A stretch of DNA of 64,000 bases from Rhizophagus irregularis. Its lineage: Eukaryota. The notes beneath the pieces were generated by a model. The model was not told the DNA's origin. It ran no database searches and saw nothing but the letters and a program-made list of their open reading frames with translations. Location: assembly GCF_026210795.1 (NCBI RefSeq), contig NC_089434.1, positions 248,001 to 312,000 on the forward strand. The letters run 5' to 3'. The translations under genes were made by a program, and so were the position numbers. The stretch's first letter is position 1. The number at the start of each line of letters is the position of its first letter. Shown piece by piece: positions 10,278-25,640 of this stretch.

Positions 10278-13200
10278 CTAAGAAAATCCAGAAAAATCAG
10301 AAAAATCATTCTTCAAAACTATACTAGGTCCTTTACTTAATTCTAATTGTTCATTAACTTTTCTTTCCCTTTCTTGTTGTAAACGTTGTTGAGTAGCTTG
10401 TTCTTGTAATACATTAAATCTTATAGCACTCTCTAATTTTGTTTTAAGTTGAGGTGATAATAATCCTATCGCTTCTTTAAAATTTAATGGTTGACTTGTT
10501 GCTAATGAAAGAATATGTTTAACTGAAATTGTATGTAATTGTGGAAGTTGATAATATGATTCCAATGGGGGATTTTCTAAAAGATTAATTAATGTCGGTA
10601 ATATAACCGCTATAACCAATGATTCTTTTTAATTAAGAGAAAATATGTAATTAATTTCATCATTTTTATAACAAAAAATTATATATTCTTTTTTTGAAAA
10701 TGTACTTACTTTGAGATTCATTAGCAACTGTATTTATCGTTAATAAAGTTTTAATAATTTCTTCGACAATATTTGATTTATCATCATTTTGTTCTAATCC
10801 TGATTCTTTAATATTTTGTAAATAAATAACTAGTTGTGGTATTAAAGCTTTAATAAAATTATTACTAATTTCCATTGAAGCTGATGTTGTAGTACTTTCT
10901 GTTGTATTGATCAAGTCATTTGTCGATTTCGTTGAAAGTAATATTAAGGTACGAATACATTGTAATGAAGTTACGGAGACCTAAATCAAGTGATTTAACC
11001 AATTGAGCTTTTTTTTTTTTGAATTAATGCTCCCTTATAATTGCTTATAGTAATTACACTTACCGTAGCATCATTAGATTGAAATCCTTTTTTTAACATT
11101 TCAATTGATCTATCTTGTAATTCCTTAGATCTTAAACATGATTTAGGATTAAAAGTGAATAATAATGTGATAGCCAATAAACAATTTTTTATTGTTGATA
11201 CTTCTTCTTCCTTATATACTACTTTTTCACTATAACGAAAAGAAAAAAAAAGATTAAATATTATGTATTCAATCAAAGTTAAAAAAAAATTAAACATACC
11301 TGACAAGCAGAGAATTAATTTTAGTTAAAATAGACCAAATAGAAGAATGAATTATTTTAGAAAAATTATTAACATCTTTTTCTTCTCTAAATGATTTTTC
11401 TAAATTCCCTCCATCACATAATAATTTTACGTTATATAATATATTTTGTATTATATCATTTTGTTGAAATTGTGAATCTTGAATTATAGCTATATTTTGA
11501 AATAAAAGAATTTAGATAATATATACAAACAGACATATACATACATGTATATACATGAATACTTACATATAAATATATAAAATGCTATCGCGATAAAATC
11601 ATTTTTATATTTAATTGGTGCAACAATAATAAGTGAAGTAAAGGCTTCTATTGAAGCTTTTAATATTGTACTAATTTGCTGAGAAGTTTGCCCTCTAGCA
11701 TTACCTATAAAAGAGAAAAGAAAAAAAAAACAATTATTATTTAGTCATTCCTTATATTAACCTCTATTTAATACTAGTAAAAAGACATATTTTGATCAAT
11801 ACCTTGAGGAGGTCTAAATATTCTTAGAGATGCGGGTCTTGTAGAAAGGGATGGGACTTTTTGGAAAAATATATTAACAATTAATCTTAAAATATAAAAT
11901 ACTACTGTTCGTGATTTGTCATCAGTTTCATCATTTGTAACAGTATCATCTGAATTTCCACTAATCGTTGCACTATAAAGTAAATTAAATAAGTTAAATT
12001 TGATAAATAATTTTTTTTTTTAAAAAAAAAAGAATAAAAATACCTCTCTTCTTCCGTCGATAATAAATCTTCACAAAGATAAGTACTACCATAATCATTA
12101 ATAATATTAGCAACGATTTGTATAATATCATATTGTACTTCAAATCCTTCAGTTAGAATTAATCTATCAAATAAATTAATTAATTCAATAACCATTTCTT
12201 TCTCTAAAAATACGGTTCCAGCTACACTTGGTCTAAGGAATGCTTTTAAAGCATTAATACAAGTTTTAACAACTTTATCATTTTCATTTGTATTATTAGG
12301 ATTATTTACACTTGAATTGACACCTAATCCACTTGATCTATTACTACCTCCAAATGTTTTTGATAATGCTTCTACACAAAGACCAAATAATATAAAAAAA
12401 TCTTTTACTGCCTCTTTTTTTGTTGAAGTTTCCGTTGCAGTAGTGAAATCTGTGAAATCATCAAATGATTCATTTTCCTTCTCATTCTCGAAATCTGTGA
12501 ATTCTTCTTCATTAACATCACCACTTGACGTAGATGAAGAGTCGCTCCCATTTAATGCGCTAATAATTAATGGATTTCCGCTTTCCAATAAACTAGCAAC
12601 TGCTCCTAATATTGTCAACCAAGACATATTATAATACTACACCCCCATCACGCCCAAAAAAAAATTTATATGAATACATAATAAAAAACGCTTATAAACT
12701 CAAGCTTGAATATACATACCGGAAGAATAACTTCCCTTGTTAATCCACTGTACATAGAATCAAAAACTTCAGTTTGTGCAGAACCACCACCAAAATTCCC
12801 CCCGCTTCCTCCAATTTTTCCATTTCCAATAATATTAGTTTGTGCCTCAGCTACATCAGGCTCAACTTGTACTCGAGCATATTCTTTTAATGCTGATACC
12901 CATAATGGACACAACAACGACAAGTTACTATTAAAAAAAATTATTATTAATTAAGGAAAACTTGATATTGAACAAATTTGTTATGTAATCATTAATGTAA
13001 GAAAGGATACGGTTCAATAACTTGTATTAAATAAGATTGTTTAATACTAGAAACTTGTAATTCAGCCCATGCATTTAATACAGATAATTTAATCATTATG
13101 GCGGCATGAGGACTCAAATCTTTAACGTCACCAACGGTTGTAACACTAACATTATCTAACATGAAAAAAAATTTAGTAGTTAATTAATAATAATAGATCT

Positions 13201-16200
13201 CGCCAAATATATAATATTTATAGTTACCTTTACAATTTTCTAAGGCAGTAGTTAATAATTTCAGTATACGACCCATACGATATAATTCTTTTACTATACC
13301 GCTACCAACAAATACAGCACATACTTTTACAGCAGCTGATAGAATTTCAGGTGAAGATTCTGCCGTGAAAGCTGGTGTAAGTGCTGCTCCTATTTGTGCC
13401 TATTATAAAGAAATCTCTTGTTAGCACACATAAATGAGCAATTTTTTTATAAAGTAAGTCCTAACCTGATATTGTTCTAAAAGAGCAGCTTCTTCAAAGT
13501 CTGGATCAGGTGTTGCGGCAAATTTCTTTTTTTTAAAAAAAATAAATAAAATAAAAAATATAATAAATAAATAAAGAAAAAATAAATAAAGCGTATGTTT
13601 TATAGGGTGTGTTATATAATGTCCCAGAATAAGTGGTAAAAATGAAACATAGATAGTGTAACACATTAACCCTAACCCATCCTTAAATAATTACCTCAAT
13701 TACGTCTCTTAATACAGTTAATCCTTCTAATCTCATTTCACTAACAACAGCAGTACTAGCAATAAAAGCCATTTTAATTAATTCTTGTACTCTTAATACT
13801 AAGTAATCTTTTCCAGTGGCTCCTTTTTTCTTCGCAATAACTAAATCAAAATGATCTTTATCACCAGAACTACTAATAACTTCAACAACTTGACGTAAGC
13901 ATTGTAAAGCAAATAATTGAGTACGCCATCTTGGTGGAATTTGTACAGAATCTTGAATTAATTTAGTATTCTTTTCTAATTCTCTATTACGAACTTGGAA
14001 GGTGTTGGTTTTTCCTTTTTCTACCTTAACTTCAAAACCTTTGACTTCATCACCGCCTTCATCTAAGTCATTTTCATTACCAATTCCATCTAAATCATCA
14101 TTACCAGATATATCTAAAGAAGGAGGTTCGATTGGAGCACCTGCACTTGCAACGCTACCAGTTTTTGACATTACTTTTCTGCATAATTCAACCCAGAGAG
14201 AAGGATTATCAATTGCTGTTTGATTTAACCAACTCTTTACTATATCTTTAACACCATCAATAGTTGGATCAGTATCCAATAAGCTAAATAATTGATTATC
14301 TAATCCAGGTACTGCAACTTCAAATACATGTTTAGCATTTTTTTGTACTAATTGATATAAACAAGTAACCGCAACTTCTTTTAATGGTAAATGTTTACTA
14401 CTTAATTGAAATTGTAAAAATGCCACCAATCTAGGTAAATCAACAAATTGTTGAGCAAACATAATAAAATGTTGTAAACATCTAATTGATTCTACCACAA
14501 CCATTTGTTCTTCATCATTTCTCAATTCAATCATCAAATTTAAACACAGATTTCTTACTTTAGCGCTTGATTGTAGTTCTGGACCCAATGTACCAATCAA
14601 TCCATATATAATTTTACCAAATTGTTGATAAGCGGAAAATCCCAACCCAACATTTGTTGTCCCGACACTACCACCACCTGGTTCATGAGTATCTGCCATA
14701 TATAATTTAGCAATAATACCCAAAGTACTACTGACATATTGAGAAAACATTAATCCAGCTGATTCAATTACTTTTGCTAATGCATATAATGCCCAAAAAT
14801 GTACCACCGGGTGAGGATCACTGCTCAATGATAATAATATACCAACTAACGTTTTGAGGTGACTACCAGCCGCCATTCCTCCTACATGACTATAAATACA
14901 TCCAAGTGCCAACGCACTACCTGCTCTAGTGTCAGGTTCCCTATTATTAACTACTTGATCAACCAATAATTGCATTTGTGTAGTTACCAGATTACCTCCA
15001 ACGATGCTTAGTAATCTTCCTAATGCTTCGCTCGCCGCATTTCTCAAGTATGGATCAGGATGTATAATGGCTTCTTGTAACATGTCCATTGCAATACCTC
15101 CAATTCTCTTGTCTGCAATACCATTATTATTTCTATTACTATAATTTTTATTCATTATATTCTTAAATATTGCCAATAATCCAATTACCATATTAACTTG
15201 TACTGCCATCTTTCTTCCTGGACTTTTCTCTAATCTAGGATGTTTTGTTGATTTAATTAATTGATCCAAAATAACTTCTTGTACTTGAGCACTCTGTGCC
15301 GGGAATACTAATCCGAATAATTCTAAACTATAATCTACTAATGCAGTTGCTGCTGGTACTGGTTTTGGCATTTTATTATTGTTGTTGTTACTATTATTAT
15401 TATTTGATGATGATAACCAATAAGTTGTATAAATCATTAATGAATCATATTCAGGTGCTCCTATAATTGGTTGTTCTAATTGGTTTTCAACTCTACTTTC
15501 AACTAAATCCCTATTTAACCAATCTCTTACTCCTACTTTTCTGCCATTTCCTTCTTCATCATCATTATCTACCAGATTGGCGATATCAATATTCATTCCC
15601 TGTAATCTGCTTGTAACACCGTAAGCATATTCATCTCCTGTTGTCCATACACTTGTAAAACTACCAGAAACTGCTGCAGCGATTGCTGCTGTAATCGCAC
15701 TTCCAACATTCTTTTCAGGATCCGCAAATTGTGATACACTTAATTTCAATAATTGTGTGCTTAAATTATCATAAGTGCTGATTGGCCTTATGACTACAAA
15801 ACATTGAAATATCCTTCGTTTTAGCATATTTTCCCTATCCGAGAATTTTAACGATGAAAATGGCAATTGTGGTGCAATTGAAATTGATGATGAATTTGGT
15901 GTAGGATTATTTGGAAATGAACTTGGAACCAATAAAGTGAACGTTAATGCATTATTTAATAAAGCTACTAATCTTTTTGATACATCTGATGTAACTAATT
16001 TAGAATTATGTAATAAGAAACTTAACATAGCACCTAATACGCATTCTCTAACATGAAACATGAATGACCATTCAGTTTCACTTCTATTTGATACTGACTC
16101 TTTATTACTATTTGGTTTAGGTAAAGCCATCTTCCATAATATTAATAATTGTGGTAAATGTAATTTAACAAAATTAGGACCTAATGACATTAATGATCCG

Positions 16201-18358
16201 ATGAGTATCCATGCTACTTGTATTTGTATGCTCGCAACTGACAAATCTTTATTCGCACTTGTTTTAATTAACTGAGTTGATAATGAAAATATCCTTGCGC
16301 TCACTTCAAATGATACATCCAATGGTCTACTTGGTATAACACTTAATAATGCTGCTAATCCATAAGCATATCCAAGTGTCCTTTTCGGTAATTCACTCGA
16401 CGTCACTTGATTTGATAAATTATTCAGATCTTTACTTAACAATCCATGTACTTTCGTAATTAATCCCGATAATTTTATTGGTAATGAATAACATAAACAT
16501 CTAAGACACCATGCTGTTGCTATTTGTACCGAATAACTTGAATGACTCAGCAGTGTAACCAATGGATCCGCGACTACATCAAATACTGTGCTTGCTGCTC
16601 CTCCTAAATCTAATAATAATCCTGATATTTCATTAGCTGCACATACAAGTGATAACTTTGATGGCTCAACTTGATTTGCCGACCATTGTTTTAACCATCC
16701 ATTAGCCAATTCACGTACTGCTGTAACTTGTCCTTGTTCACTTAATAATCTAGTACCGATAACATCACGTAATAATAATTCACAATGTTCCCGAACATTA
16801 AGTGCTTCATACCGTGATGAAGAATTTTTTGGGTGTGATACAAGATCCTTTAATAAATGTTGTGCGATAAATGAATAATTTAATTCAACGTATTTTGTAC
16901 CCAATTGTAAGAATAATGCTGAATATGTTTCTATTATTGCTGCTCTAACTTCTCTTGATGTTGATTGTTTATTATAAATTGTTGATAAATTAGTTAACAT
17001 TTCTTCTACTGATAATATTACTTTTGTTGAAGATGAAGAATCTGATTGCTGTAGACCATCATCACCTGATATTTGCGATGGTAAAGTGGATGATTTTTTC
17101 TTTGATGAAGTAGTTGAAGATATTGCTAAAAAATCTGCTTCACTTTGTGTTCCCGCTAATAATGTTGCAATATATGATGAAACTGAACGACGAATTGTTT
17201 GATTAGATCCGTCAAGTAATTTAACCATTTGATTAAGTAAGTTATCTAATTCATTAGACGTAATTGGATATTGTTGATGTGTATACTTTGCTATAGCATG
17301 CATACACTGTTATATTATATAATTAATAAAGATGAGAAATGGTAAGTAAAGTTAAAAAAATAATTTCATTTACAATTAAAAGTCAATGTATAACTCCAAG
17401 GATTCTATATTATTGATTTGTGTATTACATATACCTGAACTGAAGCTACTTTAATGATCAATGCTTTGTCATTTAATCCTGATCTCATTTGTTTCATAAT
17501 GTCTTTTACTATAGATTCTGTTACTCCTTTACTTGCTCCTTCAAGCGATCTATTTATTGTATAAATAGCTTCCAATCTAACAATCAATGCCTAATAATGA
17601 AATTAAAGGGGGTTAGATAATCGATAAGTTGTAAACCAAATTTCTACTGAATAAAAACAATTACATTACATTGGATGAATTCTTGATTGTTTTCAAACAA
17701 ATATTAACAGTTTCAGGAACAAGTGATAATATCTTATCTCCTAAAGATTTTAAAATTATACCAATACAATGTAATGCGGCTCTAAATAAGAATTTGAAGT
17801 CCCAATCAATATAAAAAAAATGTAAAAAATATATATATATATATATAATAGTTGATGAAATACTCACAATTTAGTCTCTTTTTCTCCAACATTTTTACCT
17901 ACACCAACTAAACTTTGAAGTGCTGTGATAGTATCAAATAAAGTTCTAGAATCACCTTTAATATAAATAATAACAAAAATTCTTGCTATAAGTTGTCTAA
18001 TCGGTCTCTGTGGTTTTGGTGTTATTGATGATATAAATTTTAATAATTGTTTCTCAAGATTTGTCTGACATTGTTTTATTGTATCCTTGATGAAATCGAA
18101 AATAAAAAAAAAAATTTAGTTTAGTTAAGAGAGGAATTTTGATTGCAAACAAAAAAAAGTTAAATCAATTACTTTATCGATTTTTTTAATCTCCCTTTCT
18201 AAATTAGCCAACCAATTAAAAACATATAATTCCTGTTTTTCAGGATTAGCAGCGTAGGATGCAAGTTTATGCTCATCAAATTGAAAAGGTTCATTAAATG
18301 TTGTTGGGTTTGGTGAATCTCTTCCTGTTGAAGCCGACGATACTCTTGGCGAGGCCAT
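10278..18358 (-). CDS. LAA1: HEAT repeat protein HEATR5/Laa1, AP-1 clathrin adaptor accessory factor (multi-exon)
   Basis: 1206-aa central exon plus flanking exons. Family motifs RWRTQLFALQCL, LVLRVQELIKMAF, PDPDFEEAALLEQYQAQIGAAL, HPVVHFWAL. Start MASPRV at 18358. Confidence 0.88.
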
Positions 18359-19042
18359 CAACTTTAAAACTTGTACACTGTAGAATCAAAAATTGAAGGT
18401 TTTAAAGTTGATGGGAAATTATAAAATATCTATTAAATTTCTTCAACTCTCAAAATATTTAAAAAAAAAGCAAGAAAGAGTAATGAAAAATAGTTAATGG
18501 TCGATATTTTTTGTGGCTTGGATGTGTTACGCAGATCCCTCTAAGGAAGAACCGGTTAATTACTAAATCTAAATCCAACCAAAGGAGCTGCGCATATAAG
18601 AAATAGTTGACGTTAGACAAACAATCAAACTGGGTAATATTTAAATTAAATGACGCGATTTGTCAGAAATTATGGGGATTCAATTATTATTTTTGAATTT
18701 ATGGTAATGTCTTTGCATGCACCGTAACTTTTCACAATAGACAAGTAGTCGACAATCCACGGATGAGCATATTTTGGGTAATACAATGCATGCATTTAAT
18801 CAATAACTAATGAAATCCCAAGACTGTATCTTTAATAATGAGTATGAAATATTCAATTCGCTGTTAATTTATTTTTTTACTAGATTCTGTCCGGAAAATA
18901 TTTCTTCTAAATGCGTATTTAAGTTTCCGAAATGCGGATCATCGGATTGAACATGGAACATTGCAATTTTTTCATTCAGAGTTTATTTATTGAGTTATAG
19001 ACCAATAATTTTATAGGATCGTATATGACAATTGCAACCTAC

Positions 19043-19126
19043 GAAATGAACTACTACTTTGTAAAGGTAATATACAAACTAATTGAAATGAACTACTACT
19101 TTGTAAAAATAATATACAAACTAATT
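19043..19126. repeat. 42-bp direct tandem duplication
   Basis: GAAATGAACTACTACTTTGTAAA(GG/AA)TAATATACAAACTAATT occurs at 19043 and 19085. Confidence 0.85.
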
Positions 19127-20416
19127 AAACAAAAATTTCTGGTGCCTTTATAGTTGCGATAGTCCATATGAAGCAAAATACTACAATATAAAGTTCAAAG
19201 TATTGGATTATGTACTTTGATTTTTGCTTTGATTTAATACGAATATAATTATTATAATAATACGTAACCAATTGTAATTTCCCAAGATCTTCATAGAATT
19301 CTAATGTGTTTAAGATTTTCTTCATTTTTAAAGGTTAATTCAGAAGGTTAATGAATTACTTATATGAAATAACTTTATTTCTTTATTTGCAAATGATTCT
19401 TGCAAAAAATGTTTGATTGGTTGTATGACGATAATTAAAGAATTTTCTCACTTGTTTTCTCAATTTAATTATTACCTAATCTTGATTTACAATAGAAATT
19501 TTTAGTTAGACCGTTCTCATGTGATTATGTATCTGTATGATCTTACGGTAATTTATCACCTTTTTTAGTCAGAGAATTTCTGCCTTCTTGCCAAAAAATT
19601 AAATTCCTTTTTATTTTATGAAACATAGAATATTTATATAAATTAACGATTTTAATCAAGCGATTTATATAACGATTATTTAATTAATTAATTAATTAAT
19701 TAATCGCTTAGTAATATACTGTTGTATGTACAGGTACAAAAAATAATCTGATCGTGAGAATCCGGAAATGATGATTTTTAGAATTCAGATCTAATTTCAA
19801 ATATCTCGGGAGATTACCTTTTTTTGGAGTGGGTGGATCAGACAATCATAAATTTTAATGGGATCATTTAATAATGTAATACAGAATCCAGCCCACTGAT
19901 TTGTTAATTTAGACGTGAAAATCACAATAGTTTAATTAGGATCTACAATAAAGTTTCGTGTAGACCGTAAAAAAGTAAAAAAAAAATCATTTTCTTCGGT
20001 TTTTTTTAGAATTGCGTAAATACGATATTTTCATTATTTTTGTTTTATAAACAAATTAAAATAAGTGAACGTTTTTACTTCAAGATCAAGTACAAAACAA
20101 ACGGATTAGAGAAAATAGAAAAGAGCTTCTATTACGATATAATACTTGCATATTAAGATATTCATGATGCATTGTAAATCTTTTACAACTTGCAGATTTT
20201 GAATTAATTATGTGTTCTATTATTAGATTTTACTCTTGGTTTATCCATATAAAAAGTCTTCATTTTATCTCTCTCAGGGTCTGGTACTTTTTTTCTGACG
20301 ACTTTAAAGATTTTCATTCTTTCTTTTTTTTATCGCTATAACCCATAATCAAAATTTTTCATATTTACGACATTTGTTACATACAATAATCTACATTCTT
20401 CGTTAATGAATATAAA

Positions 20417-21968
20417 ATGAACGGACGACTTTCTTTTACATCTTTTACATTTTTCTTGTTTTCGATCATACTTGTAATTTTTGCAAGTGTCCCTGTAATA
20501 GCTATTGATTATCAAGCTAAAAGTTCAATTATAGAGAGTCCACTATCAATTAACGGAGAATGCCCATATCCGTTAGTATCATTGAAATCAACGGGATTAT
20601 CAGAAACGAGTACTTCATTTTGTCAAAATGGTTGTTGTTTATCATGTCCTATAGCGAATAACTTTTATAAAGAAAATCAAATTGATTTGATATTTTACGC
20701 ATTAAGCGTAGTTAGAGCAATATCTTTTATTTGCGTATTAATTATAGTCGTCAGTTATATTGTATTACCTAATAAACGAGAACATCCTGCTATAACTGTT
20801 CTCTGTTTTAATATAAGTCTTTTAATCTTTACCAGTGTGACTTTCTTTTATATGGGTGATATAAGAAAAATTCAATGTGCCGATTTAATAACTCAAGCAA
20901 CTATGAGAAATAATGCTTTATGTGGTGTACAAGGTAATGTTATAAATAATTCTTACTTTATTAATAATAATAAATAATAAATATTTATTTATCATATATT
21001 ATATACAGGAATGGTCGTAGTGTTTTCAACGTTTCTTCTCATATTATGGTGTTTCCTTTTAATTTTGCATCTCCATTTTCAAACTGTATGGGGATCAAAT
21101 ATCGTTCAAAAATATCATTTAATATCACACATATTTGTGATAGCTTTGTCGGTCACGTTTACAATTTTACCATCTGCGATGGGGAAAATTTCATTTGGTT
21201 TTGGTGCCGTTTGTTTGGTCTCACCAGGTTATGATAACACATTATTTTGGTATCCTTTGGCGATTTTCGCTATTCCAGGATTTTTGATACATTTTTGTAC
21301 TTTTTTATTTGTCGGAAAGGTAAAAGAATATTACTATATCATAAATTTCAATTATATCTATATCTTAACAATTTATATTTTTCATTTTGTAGTCTCAATT
21401 TATGAGTTCCCTAGATTATCATGATGATTCTACAATGTCACAAGATAATTCAAACTCATCAAGATTAATGACAAATGTCACAGGTCAAGAGATAGTAAGA
21501 GCAATTAGGATTCAGTGGCGCGCCCTAATGTTAGCCTTAATCCTTCTTATCACTTATGTAATATATTGGGTATGTATTCTTTATAGTATAATAAAAGATT
21601 ATTCATGTTACGTATCTAATTACTGACGCGTTAAAATATTTTAGACTTATGTTACAATTGAAATAGGTAAAATAGCACCAAAAAATTTCAACCCTCCGCA
21701 ACCATGGATCCTAAATTGGTTGAATTGTATTTACGAAAATGGAATGAAAAGTAAAAACGCACAAAATATATGTTCAAGTTACGCAATAGATAATTTACCA
21801 AAAATTTCACATTTAGCTGTTGCTGAATCTGCAACGGCAACATTAGGTATATGTGTATTTATCATATTTGGTACAAGTGTCGATCTTTGGACAGAATGGA
21901 AATTATACTTTGTTAGAAAATTTAGATGCGTAACACATAAAAATTCAGATGGGGTTACTTGGGCATAG
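20417..21968 (+). CDS. Seven-transmembrane GPCR-like receptor with a Cys-rich extracellular N-terminus (fungal GprM/class VII, secretin/Frizzled-like fold), 442 aa
   Basis: Exons 20417-20933, 21009-21319, 21393-21569 and 21645-21968 join in frame with GT..AG introns. Signal peptide, CPYPL...CQNGCCLSCP motif, about 7 hydrophobic helices, IRIQWR before TM6. Confidence 0.75.
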
Positions 21969-22485
21969 ACATTTGTAAATTTTGGGTTTAATACACGAAA
22001 ATTTAAGGCAATCATTGCATATTTGTATCATAATTAAAAGTTGAAAAAAAATATAAAAAAAAATTGTATTATTTTCATCACACATTTACAATAAATATAT
22101 TTGTTACACAACCACTTTCACGACTAGTTAATTTATATAGTTTTTATTAAAGAACTGGTAGAATAATTTTATCAAAAACCGAGAACATAGTATAAATTAT
22201 CTGAATGAGCTAATTATTTATTATAATAAAAAAAAACTTTTATTAATAAATGTTATAATATAAGACTATATTAAAGGTTAAAAATTTTATATAAAAAAAA
22301 AGTTCTGAAATTACGAAAATGAATAAAATATTATTTACAGTATATTATTATATATATATAATATCTACTTTTTAGTAATACATCCAATTATAATACTAAA
22401 ATAACTACTAAAATATTTATTTAGCTTAGTTTAACTATTTAATTAATTTATCAAAATATTCAAATTATAAAATAATTAAATTTTT

Positions 22486-22899
22486 GGATGCTATCCAAAA
22501 TCCTAAAATTCAAAATCCTGACAGATTCAAAATCCTAATAGATATAAAATCATAACAGATCAAAATCCTGATGTATCAAAATTCTAATAATATATTTTTG
22601 TTATATATATTAGATTTAAAGTAATTAGATGTATAAATATAAATTAGAAAATGGAAAAACAGCATATATATAGCAGAGTAGTTCAGAAATTTTAGCAAGA
22701 ATTTTCATTAGTTTTTAGTTAGTCTTCAGTTGATTAGAATTAAATTAGTATTATAAAGTAACTGTTGGGCAGTATTAAAATTTAATATAAGTTAATTTTT
22801 CAGTATTTTGTACTTATTAGAATTTTGAATCTATTGGGATTTTAGATTTTAGGATTTTAAATTTCAGGATTTTGAGTTTTGGAATTTTGTACTATATCC
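22486..22899. mobile_element. Foldback/Mutator-like non-autonomous element with tandem subterminal repeats
   Basis: Left arm carries repeated CAAAATCCT units and the right arm carries the inverted AGGATTTT(G) units. Ends GGATG../..TATCC. No clear TSD. Confidence 0.6.
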
Positions 22900-23908
22900 A
22901 AGATTTTGATATTTTAATATAACAGATAATATATATAAATTAAAAGTTTTGAATGGAAATTATAAATATATATTAAAATAAATAAATAAAACAATGTAAT
23001 TAGTTTTAATAGGATTTTGAATATTATTTTTACAATCTATAATTGATTTACATTAAAATTAATATTTTTATTTTTTTATTATCTTAAAATTTAGTAATAA
23101 ACTTTTTTGTTTTATAGAATTATTAATAATTATTATTTAAAAAAAAAATTAGCTAAATTGAATTATAGAATGATAAAATAATTGCAAAAACTAGTTTTTA
23201 AATTTTTAAATTTGGTTAAATTTGCTTTGTTTTTATTAATAAAGTTAAATTATAATTTATTTTATATATATTTAAATATTAGATAAAATTTAAATAATAA
23301 AATATAAGTAAAAGAAAAATACTATTAAAAAATTAATTTTTTTTATAATTTTTATTTTTTTCTTATAAGTATATTTATATTAGTTTAAATTATAATAAAC
23401 TTATTAAAAAAACTTTCTTTTTAATTACACTATATATATATTATATTTTTCCAAAAAAGGGAATTTTAAATAAAAGTTTAAGAAAATATTTAATTTTAAA
23501 AGTTTTTTTTTATTAGTATTTTAAAAGATATTTAATATTAAAAAAATATATTAATATTTTTATAATTGCACTATTTTTTTTTTGATTCCAAAGGATATAA
23601 TTATATAGAAAATCAACTATATTATAATTTTAAAATATATAAATATTAAAATTTTTAATATATTGCAAATATTTTTTTTTAGTTTAATTTAAATACTTTA
23701 TTGAAATATAATTAATTTTATATAAATACATAAAAAATTAAAAATACAATTATACACAAATTTTAAAAAGTTAAAATAATATATTAATAAGTTTTAAGTT
23801 TTGTAAAAAATATTTATAATTAAAAAATAAAAACTATTATAAATTTAAAATAAAAAAGATAAATATAAATTTGCAAATTGCAATTTTATTAAATGATATT
23901 ATGTAAAA

Positions 23909-24216
23909 GGAATATGTTTTTTTTCGCACTTGTGATATGTCATATCTCACTTTTTTGGTAATTTTTATATATTAATTATATCGATCATTTTTATCACATG
24001 ACTTTATTAAGATTTTCCATTTTTTAAAAAATCCTGGCATGAAACTTTATGCACTTATTATATACTATAAGAAACCTTGCTTATACTATGCATATTTTTA
24101 ACTATTTTACAAGTTTTCTTAATATATCAAAAAGGATTTAGAATGTTATTTTTGACTTTTATATGTAACATATTATAGAGGTGTGACATAATGCAAATGT
24201 GATAAAAACAAAACCC
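23909..24216. mobile_element. Mutator-like MITE
   Basis: About 40-bp imperfect TIRs (GGAATATGTTTT..TGTCATATCTC / GAGGTGTGACA..AAAACCC) flanked by a perfect 9-bp TSD, TATGTAAAA. Confidence 0.8.
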
Positions 24217-24548
24217 TATGTAAAAAATAGAAAAAATTTATACAATTAATTATTTTTTTATAATATATATTAAGATTAATATCTCAACTGTTTTTCAAAT
24301 AGTTGTATAATTATAGCTATATAAAAAACATAAAATTGCAATTGTAAATTGCAGATTATGATTAGTAAGATCTAGTTGTTATCATATTTTTAATATATAT
24401 ATAAATATATAAATATATATAATTTTTACTTTATTCTAAATAATTAGATATTTTACTATTAAATTATATTAAAATAATTAAAAAAAATATAAATTAGTAT
24501 TAGAAAAAATAAATAAAGTAAACTGAAATAATATATTTAATATTATTA

Positions 24549-24712
24549 GGGCACTGTCAGATATTACCTAATATTACTTTAATATAAAAGCTTACCCCCC
24601 TCCTCTAGGTAAGATATGTTATATATATAATTCCTTATATAGTATTGTATATAACCTAAGATCTTTAGTTACCCCCTCCTCCTAAAATATTAGGTAATAT
24701 CTGACAGCACCC
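24549..24712. mobile_element. PIF/Harbinger (Tourist-like) MITE
   Basis: TIR GGG(CA/TG)CTGTCAGATATTACCTAATATT at both ends. TTA TSD. Internal TTACCCCCTCCTC repeat. Confidence 0.85.
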
Positions 24713-24841
24713 TTATTATAATTGGTTATTAAATGTAAATAAATAGGTTTTGAAAAATACTTAAATAAGTAAGAATATAAGATTTAAATAATAATACTTA
24801 AAATAAATCTAAAGATTTTTTTTTTTAAAATAATACTAGTA

Positions 24842-25640
24842 TGTTGTTAACCGATTCTGTATGTTGAATAGATTAACTATGATTTGCAGTTAGGGAGATT
24901 AAGTACGTTTAACTATGACTGAAATCCAATCAAACAAGACACGCTTAAAATAGGGAGTTCGTTTATAGTGTAAAAAGTTATACTTTATTATAGAACTTTA
25001 TAATTACAAGAATAAGAACTAATAGGAACTAAAGGTAAACTAATTCGAACTGAAGGAACTAAACTTATAACGAAGGAAAATACCAACGTTATTTATATAA
25101 AAGTTACTACATATAAAGATATAATAAATATAATAGATATAATAAATATAAGAAATATAACTAATATAATAAATATAACTAATATAATAAATATAATAAA
25201 TAAATTAAATATAACTAGGAAAACGGAAACCGTTGAGGGTCCGTCGCTTAATACGTTTACATACATATATAAATGGTTACACAAAATGTGTTGCTAAAAA
25301 TAAAGCGTTACAAAAAATGTGATACAAACATAAAAGGAAATAAGCAGGGGCTAAATTATAGTGACGTAGGTGGAAGGAAGGAAAAATACATGGGTTAAAC
25401 CGGTACTGCAAATTTATCTAGTTCCGTACAATAAATAGTCCTTCGCTACGCTCCGGACAATAAATAAAATAATTATATCGATTATATTAAATATAATTAA
25501 TATAATAAATATAATAAAAATAATAGGCTAAGTAGGCTGCAGCTAGATCGGCTTGGCACAGTTGGGCACAGTAGATCCTAATTTTCCACATGATCTTCTG
25601 GCGCAGTAAGTTGTAACTCTACACGTGACTAGGGGTAACA
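24842..25640. mobile_element. Possible solo LTR or other repeat insertion
   Basis: Segment richer in GC than its flanks, bounded by TGTT..AACA. TSD not convincing (TAGTA/ATGTA). Confidence 0.3.
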
